The notes beneath the pieces are model-generated. The model was given only the letters and a program-made list of their open reading frames with translations. It was not told the DNA's origin and did not search any database. From contig NC_003364.1 of assembly GCF_000007225.1 (NCBI RefSeq), positions 750,001 through 782,000 on the forward strand: DNA of 32,000 nt, written 5' to 3'. Origin of the DNA: Pyrobaculum aerophilum str. IM2 (GTDB taxonomy: Archaea > Thermoproteota > Thermoprotei > Thermoproteales > Thermoproteaceae). This document shows, in pieces, positions 26,512 to 32,000 of this stretch. Each line of letters starts with the position of its first letter. Positions within the stretch are counted from its first letter, which is position 1. The translations under genes and the position numbers were made by a program.

Positions 26512-26568
26512 TTGTTCAGCGAACTCGGCAGACATCATCTTCAGAATAGAACCGAATCATCACGTCTA
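26512..26568 (-). ncRNA. C/D box sRNA (2'-O-methylation guide)
   Basis: The minus strand reads aatagac GTGATGA ttcggttctatt CTGA ag ATGATGT ctgccgagttcg CTGA acaat. That is C box (26557-26563), a 12-nt guide, D' (26541-26544), C' (26532-26538), a 12-nt guide and D (26516-26519). Both spacers are exactly 12 nt, and there are 3 nt between D' and the UGAUGU core, which is the canonical archaeal architecture. The element lies in a non-coding spacer. Confidence 0.8.
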
Positions 26569-26588
26569 TTAATACACGGGTGATATAT

Positions 26589-27755
26589 TTACAATACGCC
26601 GTATTTCCCCGCGAGCTCAACCGCCATGTTGTACAACTCCCGCGGCCCGATCGACAAGTCTCCGTAATCTGGCGGCGTCTCTGAGAGACTCACTAAGCCC
26701 ACTTTCTCGGCCACTTTTCTCAACTTCGCAACCGCCTCCCTCGCCTCTTCTCTCGTGAAGGGGCCTAGTTTTACCTCAAAAGCCCACGTCCTCCTCCGCC
26801 CCCTAGTCAACACCACGTCTATATCCTCCCTAGGGGAGTAGCGCTGAGTCCCGCCGAAGTAATTGGCCAACATCTCGCCGACAGTGAATTGGGCCTCCCG
26901 GCCCAGCGGCAGATCTGTGGGCGTTGTGCCCAAGTCGCTGATGTGATACTTCGCCTCGGCGTATAATATAAGGGACAGCGCGGGGGATCTCACAGCATAG
27001 TATCGCTCCCTCCCCAAGGTGGGAATAGCCCGGAGAATCCCCATTTTAGCCAATTTTGAGAGGATGGAAGACGCCGAGGCTAAGCCCCCTTTTAGCCCCA
27101 GGGCGCCTGCGACGTCTGTGCTCTTCCAGTACCCCTCTGCGACGAGGAGTATCGCCCTCCAATACGTCTCAGTCAGCTCCCTCTCCTCCTCTGCGAATAC
27201 CTCCCCTATGAGCCCCCTGGCCACTAAGGCCAGCTCCCTGGCCCTCTCAGCCAGCTCGCCAACTCCGCTGACGTGGGGAATAACCCATGGATCTCTCCAT
27301 AAAATTGAGAGAACTGGATCCCTCACTTGCGCCAAGACGTCTTCATAGGCGATGATATCCACATGGACGGGGGCGAAGAGGCCCAGCAGGGGGCTCGACT
27401 TATCAAATACCCTATGCACAATGCCGTAGCTAGAGCCAGCCGCGATTAAAACGCCTGAGGGCGCCCAAGAGGCCAGAAGATCCCAGTACTTAGGGGGGAG
27501 CCTCTGGAACTCGTCAATTACAGCCACGCCTCCTCTCTTCAAGAAAAGCCCCGCCTCTCTCACCGCGCTCTCAACGGCGACAAAATCCTCGCCCACGACG
27601 GCAGTAGAGCCGCCGTAGCCAATTAAAACATATAAATCGCTCTTGACGCAGTTTTTTAAAAGCGTCGTCTTGCCCACTTTCCTCCTGCCATAGACTAACG
27701 TCCAGCTCTGTATTTTGGCAAACTCGGCGCATTCCCTCCGTCGTATTATTCTCAC
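26589..27755 (-). CDS. Archaeal AAA-type ATPase (Arch_ATPase family) with DUF234-like C-terminal domain
   Basis: Walker A GRRKVGKTTLL and Walker B VAVIDEFQ. A winged-helix-like middle region (ILSKLAKMGILRAI) and a C-terminal segment DIDVVLTRGRRRTWAFEVKLG are typical of the DUF234 nuclease-like fold. GTG start at 27755. Confidence 0.85.
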   Translation of the reverse strand: MRIIRRRECAEFAKIQSWTLVYGRRKVGKTTLLKNCVKSDLYVLIGYGGSTAVVGEDFVAVESAVREAGLFLKRGGVAVIDEFQRLPPKYWDLLASWAPSGVLIAAGSSYGIVHRVFDKSSPLLGLFAPVHVDIIAYEDVLAQVRDPVLSILWRDPWVIPHVSGVGELAERARELALVARGLIGEVFAEEERELTETYWRAILLVAEGYWKSTDVAGALGLKGGLASASSILSKLAKMGILRAIPTLGRERYYAVRSPALSLILYAEAKYHISDLGTTPTDLPLGREAQFTVGEMLANYFGGTQRYSPREDIDVVLTRGRRRTWAFEVKLGPFTREEAREAVAKLRKVAEKVGLVSLSETPPDYGDLSIGPRELYNMAVELAGKYGVL

Positions 27756-27756
27756 C

Positions 27757-27786
27757 AGACTAGTACCAATAGACTAGTATAAAAAG
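27757..27786 (-). promoter_or_regulatory. Promoter of the ATPase gene with tandem AGACTAGTA repeats between TATA box and start codon (candidate operator)
   Basis: The minus strand reads ctttttatACTAGTctattggtACTAGTctgGTG. The 9-mer AGACTAGTA occurs at 27757-27765 and 27771-27779 (14-bp period), and each copy contains the palindrome ACTAGT. TATA-like tataaaaag lies at 27778-27786. Confidence 0.4.
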
Positions 27787-27804
27787 TAAATTTCTCTCCT
27801 CCGC

Positions 27805-28626
27805 CTAAATGATCGCGGCTTCGCGCCTCTCTCTTAAACATTCGCAATCTCCCCTCCAGGGGCAGATTTGGCAGAGAGGGCCTTTTCTACACTCGCCCCG
27901 TTTCAGCGCCTTGTAGTGAGGCACGGGATCTTTGGGATCCGCCCAGGCGAACTTAGGCGGTTGATCCCGCGTCTGTATGTGGATTTTTATCCTCTGCCTC
28001 TGCCAGATTTTAGCGGCCACGTCCCCCTCAGCAGCCGCCATGGATTTATACGCCTCGTGGGGCAGATCCCCCGCGAATTTAAAAACATAGACGTAATCAG
28101 CCGCCACCCCCGCTACGGAGTATACGGCCATATCTCCCCACACATCCACATGCCCCACGTACGGCAGCGCCTCTGCGTATTTGTAAAAATAATAAGCCTC
28201 CTCTGCTCCGCGGGGTCCAGCAGGCGGAGGCCCCCGCGCCGCCTTGCTGTAATATAAAAACTCCTGCCTCAACTGGTCGAAAACGCGTTGAAGCTCCGCA
28301 GGGGTGAACCCCCTCCCCACTTCTAACAGCCTCCTAGCCGCCTCTCTATCCCCCTTGAACGCCCTGGCCACTAGGGAGTCGACGAGAGAGGGCTCTGCAA
28401 CTTTCATTAACACGGCGTATTTCACCCTGTCAATCAACGCCCGTGAGAAGACCGCGACTTCCCTCTCCGTTGCATACAGCCGGCCAAATCTGGGGCAAAC
28501 TACGGCGTAGCCCACGGCGTCTGCGGGCACATACTGCAAGCCATACGCCGACTTTTCAACCTCTAGTAAGCGGCTGAAGAAATCTATCGCGCCGCCCCTC
28601 GCCAGTTTTCTAAGTAGTCTTGACAC
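27805..28626 (-). CDS. Hypothetical protein with Cas4/RecB-family-like cysteine pattern (orphan Cas4-like, catalytic motif degenerate)
   Basis: N-terminal YAVVCPRFGRLY resembles the Cas4 CPRxxxY motif. YVGHVDVW resembles nuclease motif II. C-terminal CQICPWRGDC gives Cx2Cx5C (C252, C255, C261), as in the Cas4/AddB Fe-S staple. The expected ExK position reads VFK. GTG start at 28626. No cas genes or CRISPR array are present in the window. Confidence 0.45.
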   Translation of the reverse strand: MSRLLRKLARGGAIDFFSRLLEVEKSAYGLQYVPADAVGYAVVCPRFGRLYATEREVAVFSRALIDRVKYAVLMKVAEPSLVDSLVARAFKGDREAARRLLEVGRGFTPAELQRVFDQLRQEFLYYSKAARGPPPAGPRGAEEAYYFYKYAEALPYVGHVDVWGDMAVYSVAGVAADYVYVFKFAGDLPHEAYKSMAAAEGDVAAKIWQRQRIKIHIQTRDQPPKFAWADPKDPVPHYKALKRGECRKGPLCQICPWRGDCECLRERREAAII

Positions 28627-28646
28627 GCCGCGCCAAGCGCCAATGT

Positions 28647-29993
28647 TTATATTACTTTCTCCACCAAGGCTATGAACACGTCGTTTACATTCGTCCCCGT
28701 GTACCCCGTTATTACAGCCCTCCCCAGCTTTTCAAAAAACGTGTAACTGTCATTATTATTCAAATACTCAAAGGGGTCAAGCCCCATTGCCTCGGCCTCC
28801 TCCGCCACTCCGCCGTCCACCACGGCGCCCGCCGCGGGGCTGTTGCCGTCAACGCCGTCTGTGCCCAAACACGCCGCTGAGATGTTGCGAAGCCCCCTCA
28901 CTGCAATAGAGAAGGAGAGGCACAGCTCTTGATTCCTGCCGCCCCTCCCCCCTCCCCTCACAGTGACCACAGTCTCGCCCCCCGCCAACAGAGCAAGAGG
29001 GGGGCGCTCCGGCAGGCCGCTATACGCCGCGCTCTTCGCCACCGACGCCAAGACTCTCCCAGCCTCCCTGGCCTCACCCTCTAACATAGAGGTTAGGATC
29101 ACGGCCTTGTACCCCAGAGCGGATAAATACTCAGAGGCTCTCCTGAGAGACAGGAGGTTGTTAGCCACAATTACGTTCTGCACCTTGGCCAACAAGGCGT
29201 CTCCCTCTTTAACCGTATCCTCGCCCCCTTCAAACACAGCCCGTATCCTAGGCGGTAGCTCCCCCCAAATGCCGTATTTTTTAAGCACGCGTATTGCAAA
29301 CTCCCTACTCGTCCCGTCGGGGGCTGTGGGGCCGGAGGCTATGGTGTCCAGACGGTCGCCCACCACGTCGCTGATTATCAGAGAGATCACGGCGCTGGCC
29401 TTGACAAGCCTCAACAACTTGCCGCCCTTTACTCTTGAAAGCCTCTTCCTCACCGCGTTGAGCTCTACGATGTCAGCCCCCCTGCGCATCAACTCCGCGG
29501 AGATGCGCGCAATATCCCCCAGCTCCATCCCCTCCACGGGCACTTCAAACAGAGCGGAGCCGCCCCCAGAAATAACCACGAAAACTACGTCGTTTTCCCC
29601 AACGCCCTCGAGGTATTCTAAAAGGCGGCGCGAAGCCACGAGGGTATCCGCCCCTGGCACTGGGTGGTCCCCCTTAACCACCTCCACAGGCCCCAGCCGG
29701 CCGCTCCCCCTAGGCGAAATCACCACGCCCCCTGCCGCCAAATCCCCCAAGACGTCCACCAAGGCCTCGGCCATTTTCTCAGAGGCCTTCCCAAAACCCA
29801 CCACGTGGGCCCTCCCCCTCACCGAGTACACTCTGCCGGCCACTTCTAACGCGCCGCCAGCCCTCTTTACGTGAGACGCCACGGCCTTATATGGATCGGC
29901 GGCAGAAAGGGCCTCTTCCAAAGCGCCGACTAGGGCACCGCCGCGGGGCAGTCTTAACAACGCGTCTTTGTTTTTAATGTACACAACGCTCAA
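28647..29993 (-). CDS. Glycerate 2-kinase (MOFRL family)
   Basis: DUF4147/MOFRL signatures: VVGFGKAS..MA, VISGGGSALFE, LNAVRKRLSRVKGG, IISDVVGD..DTIASGPT, LAGGETVVTV.G.G.GGRNQE, GTDG.DG and TGTNVND. The track start is TTG 29993. GTG 29984 is better placed relative to the TATA-like gtataaataaat (30000-30012). Confidence 0.85.
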   Translation of the reverse strand: MSVVYIKNKDALLRLPRGGALVGALEEALSAADPYKAVASHVKRAGGALEVAGRVYSVRGRAHVVGFGKASEKMAEALVDVLGDLAAGGVVISPRGSGRLGPVEVVKGDHPVPGADTLVASRRLLEYLEGVGENDVVFVVISGGGSALFEVPVEGMELGDIARISAELMRRGADIVELNAVRKRLSRVKGGKLLRLVKASAVISLIISDVVGDRLDTIASGPTAPDGTSREFAIRVLKKYGIWGELPPRIRAVFEGGEDTVKEGDALLAKVQNVIVANNLLSLRRASEYLSALGYKAVILTSMLEGEAREAGRVLASVAKSAAYSGLPERPPLALLAGGETVVTVRGGGRGGRNQELCLSFSIAVRGLRNISAACLGTDGVDGNSPAAGAVVDGGVAEEAEAMGLDPFEYLNNNDSYTFFEKLGRAVITGYTGTNVNDVFIALVEKVI

Positions 29994-30024
29994 GAGACAT
30001 TTATTTATACCTTTACCCCAATTC

Positions 30025-30393
30025 GTGGAAGCGTGGTTAGAAAAAGCGTCGCGTTATAGGGAATACGCCAAACGTAATTTTGAAAGCGGCGCCTACGACC
30101 TGGCGTGTTTTCTCGCGCAACAATCCGCCGAGTTTCTCCTAAAAGCCCTCCTCATAAGAGAAACCGGAGCGCGTCCCCTAACTCACAGCCTTTATGAAAT
30201 GGCGAGGAGGCTCGCCACGTTGAAAAATTTTGAACTAGGCGACGAGGTGGCCAAATGCGCCAAGGCCTTGGAGCATCACTACGTCCAGTCGAGAGATCCC
30301 GACGCCAGAGTCGGCGAATACGAGCGCTGGGAGGCGGAGAGCTGTATTGAATGCATGGAGGCGCTATGGCGCTGGACAAGTGGATTGAAATAG
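30025..30393 (+). CDS. HEPN domain protein (toxin-like partner of a HEPN/MNT pair)
   Basis: AEFLLKALLIRETGARPLTHSLYEM and ALEHHYVQSRDPD match the HEPN (PF05168-type) pattern ..KA.L...G....tH.L..L and L...Y..sRYPd. I prefer GTG 30025 about 20 nt downstream of tttatttatac. The track ORF start 29968 overlaps the glycerate kinase gene. Confidence 0.8.
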   Translation: MEAWLEKASRYREYAKRNFESGAYDLACFLAQQSAEFLLKALLIRETGARPLTHSLYEMARRLATLKNFELGDEVAKCAKALEHHYVQSRDPDARVGEYERWEAESCIECMEALWRWTSGLK

Positions 30394-30608
30394 CAAAGGC
30401 CAGAGAGGGGGAAATAAGGGCAAGGGTAAAGCAGTATATTACAGAGCGCTGTCCCTCTGCAGACGTCGTGTTGTTCGGGTCCAGAGCCCGCGGCGATTAC
30501 CACGCCCTAAGCGACTGGGACCTTGCAATTATCACGCCCGCCGGCAAATACGCCGTAGTGCACGAGGAGTTCGGCCAAGCGGTCTACCTGCCGCTTTCGG
30601 CCTATTAA
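30366..30608 (+). CDS. Minimal nucleotidyltransferase (MNT) domain protein, N-terminal part
   Basis: The motif LFGSRARGDYHALSDWDL is the GSxxRGxxxxxSDxDL signature of the pol-beta-type NTase fold. ATG 30366 (MALDKWIE) overlaps the HEPN 3' end by 28 nt. The ORF ends prematurely at TAA 30606-30608. Confidence 0.8.
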   Translation: MALDKWIEIAKAREGEIRARVKQYITERCPSADVVLFGSRARGDYHALSDWDLAIITPAGKYAVVHEEFGQAVYLPLSAY

Positions 30609-30616
30609 CAAGTAGC

Positions 30617-30775
30617 ATGTTAATTCTCGACATCGCCCATGACGGAGTGTTGCTATGCGGCAAGGGGGATTATTGGCACATATTATTGAAAAAAGTCAAG
30701 GAGTATGTAAGCGAAAAAGGCCTTATAAGGACAAGGGAGGGGTGGTACCCCGCCGCCGCTGAGCAGGCGCTGTAG
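30617..30775 (+). CDS. 52-aa ORF corresponding to the C-terminal portion of MNT-type proteins (separate frame; split or frameshifted gene)
   Basis: It encodes MLILDIAHDGVLLCGKGDYWHILLKKVKEYVSEKGLIRTREGWYPAAAEQAL. The ..ILxDIxxDGVLL..g.. tail is what I recall following the NTase core in archaeal MNT proteins. It starts 9 nt after the MNT stop in another frame, and it is below the ORF-track length cutoff. Confidence 0.45.
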   Translation: MLILDIAHDGVLLCGKGDYWHILLKKVKEYVSEKGLIRTREGWYPAAAEQAL

Positions 30776-30816
30776 CCCTTGGCCAACTCTATAAATTTAA
30801 ATGTGTTGAAAACTAT

Positions 30817-31239
30817 ATGAAGATCTCGGCCGTGGCGAGGACAAATGTAGTGACGTGTAGCCCGGACACCCCCATACGCGAAGTCGCCGAGATAATGATT
30901 AAGAAAAACATCGGGTCAGTAATCGTAGTAGATCCGGCAAAGCCCACAGGGCCAATAGGCATAGTGGGAGAAAGAGACGTGGTGAAGGCCTTCGCGGCCG
31001 GGCTAGACCCCTCTACGCCTGCGTCTGAAATAATGTCGAAATTGTTAGTGACAATAGACGCAGACGCCCACGTGGCCGAGGCCCTTCTCTTAATGCGAGA
31101 GGCAAACGTCAGGAGGCTAGTGGTCACAAAAGGCGGAGAGCTGTACGGAGTAATTGCGCTTAAGGACATTGTGTACGACATACCGCTTTTAAAAAATCAT
31201 CGCCGACTATTTCACCAAAGAAAAAATATAAACACTTAG
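30817..31239 (+). CDS. CBS domain pair protein
   Basis: Two CBS repeats (VVTCSPDTPIREVAEIMIKKNIGSVIVVD...GIVGERDVV and LLVTIDADAHVAEALLLMREANVRRLVV...GVIALKDIV). TATA-like tataaatttaaat lies about 15-27 nt upstream of ATG 30817. Confidence 0.85.
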   Translation: MKISAVARTNVVTCSPDTPIREVAEIMIKKNIGSVIVVDPAKPTGPIGIVGERDVVKAFAAGLDPSTPASEIMSKLLVTIDADAHVAEALLLMREANVRRLVVTKGGELYGVIALKDIVYDIPLLKNHRRLFHQRKNINT

Positions 31240-31251
31240 GTAAACTGACGC

Positions 31252-31509
31252 GTGAGCACAATCACGCTGGGGCTTTTGTTAATAATCCTCGGCATGTTGT
31301 TAGTACTTATCTCAGTCCTACTCCCCCTCCTCAGACGGGGGGAGGAGCAGGGCGGCGAAGAGGAAAGGCGGGCGGAGGCGGGCGGGGTTGTGCTAATAGG
31401 CCCCATTCCCATAGTCTTCGGCACAAGCCAGAAAATGGCGCAGTTGACAATAATACTTGCAATACTACTCACGGCGATGGCGATAATCCTCTTCGCGCTA
31501 TTGAGATAA
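31252..31509 (+). CDS. Small two-TM membrane protein, DUF131/TIGR00304-like
   Basis: TM1 LGLLLIILGMLLVLISVLL, a charged loop, then GGVVLIGPIPIVFGTS and a C-terminal TM. This is the pattern I recall for archaeal DUF131 proteins. GTG start. Confidence 0.6.
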   Translation: MSTITLGLLLIILGMLLVLISVLLPLLRRGEEQGGEEERRAEAGGVVLIGPIPIVFGTSQKMAQLTIILAILLTAMAIILFALLR

Positions 31510-31767
31510 CTGCTTAAGACCCCGCCTTACTAAAAACCACTGAAGCAACGCCACAGCAAACATCAACACAGCTACCGCCGCTAAGGCAACGGCGAGAAAA
31601 TCGGCGGGCCCCGCGCCGAAGCAAATCGGCACTACAAACAACACGACGCAGCCAGCCACCCCGCCTCGCACTTCCCACGCCGGAGGACTCATCAACAGAG
31701 GCGAGAGGGCCAGTATCACAAAACCCAAAATTATCAGCGTAATCCCCAGCACAAAGAGCCACGTCAT
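31498..31767 (-). CDS. Small two-TM membrane protein, DUF131-like paralogue (convergent with 31252..31509)
   Basis: Same architecture: TM1 LGITLIILGFVILALSPLL, a loop, GGVAGCVVLFVVPICFGAGP and a C-terminal TM. ATG 31767 has agtttttaacc about 25 nt upstream. Its 3' end overlaps the convergent paralogue by 12 nt. Confidence 0.6.
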   Translation of the reverse strand: MTWLFVLGITLIILGFVILALSPLLMSPPAWEVRGGVAGCVVLFVVPICFGAGPADFLAVALAAVAVLMFAVALLQWFLVRRGLKQLSQ

Positions 31768-32000
31768 GATAGAAACAGTCTACAGAGGTTAAAAACTTAA
31801 CAGCGCTTGAATTAGAGGCAAAACAACGCCCTCTGGAGGGACCGGGCTAATGGTAAAAGGGGATCTTGTACAGGCTTTAGACACTAACGTAGGACCCCAA
31901 GAGGGTCTTGTCTAGGGACTGCATAACTACGTAGGAAGCGCGTTGATTTAAACGGCGGAAAGCGGGTAGGGATGGGTCCCCGTTCTAGCCCAAATTTTTT

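Noticed and set aside
28963-29874. 303-aa plus-strand ORF antisense to the glycerate kinase gene.
   Set aside because: It lies entirely inside a much better-supported minus-strand gene. Its translation is low-complexity (Ser/Pro/Thr/Ala/Arg-rich) with no recognisable motif, which is the typical shadow ORF of GC-rich coding DNA.
31844-31991. A tRNA, or intron-containing tRNA, suggested by the 6-7 bp terminal pairing GGGCTA/TAGCCC.
   Set aside because: No D-arm, anticodon arm or T-arm (GTTCRAATC-like) can be placed on either strand, and ~150 nt is too long without recognisable exon parts.

Overview
This 32-kb chromosomal segment looks like a hyperthermophilic crenarchaeon of the Thermoproteales (Pyrobaculum/Thermoproteus-like). 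That assignment is an inference from gene content, AT-rich TATA boxes about 25 nt upstream of start codons (leaderless style), frequent ATGA start/stop overlaps and a C/D box sRNA. No database search was possible. The window is gene-dense, and I saw no rRNA, tRNA, CRISPR array or recognisable IS element.

Gene content from left to right:
- A trehalose module: an internally duplicated hypothetical protein translationally coupled to trehalose synthase TreT.
- An ~880-bp gap holding only broken ORF remnants.
- A glycolate/glyoxylate island: a HAD-IIB phosphatase, a CCG-domain Fe-S protein with a small ferredoxin, glcDEF on the opposite strand, a divergently transcribed long-form archaeal malate synthase, and a second CCG-domain paralogue with a LutB-like protein.
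- A CaCA-type cation exchanger gene broken by two frameshifts, a ~200-bp extremely AT-rich spacer, and an NRAMP-related transporter.
- A flavin-reductase-like gene directly behind a five-gene Opp/Dpp-class ABC transporter operon.
- A tricorn protease, a VKOR homologue and a CoxG/SRPBCC protein.
- A canonical C/D box sRNA in the spacer after an archaeal AAA ATPase (DUF234 type), then an orphan Cas4-like Cys-cluster protein and a glycerate 2-kinase.
- A HEPN/MNT pair with a split MNT, a CBS-pair protein, and two convergent, 3'-overlapping DUF131-like membrane protein genes.

The observations most worth a second look:
- The substrate-binding protein of the ABC operon has its conserved family-5 motifs in circularly permuted order.
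- The duplicated or split Fe-S modules surround glcDEF and malate synthase.
- The orphan Cas4-like protein sits next to an ATPase whose promoter carries a tandem ACTAGT operator-like repeat.
- The C/D box sRNA appears not to be covered by any ORF-based annotation.
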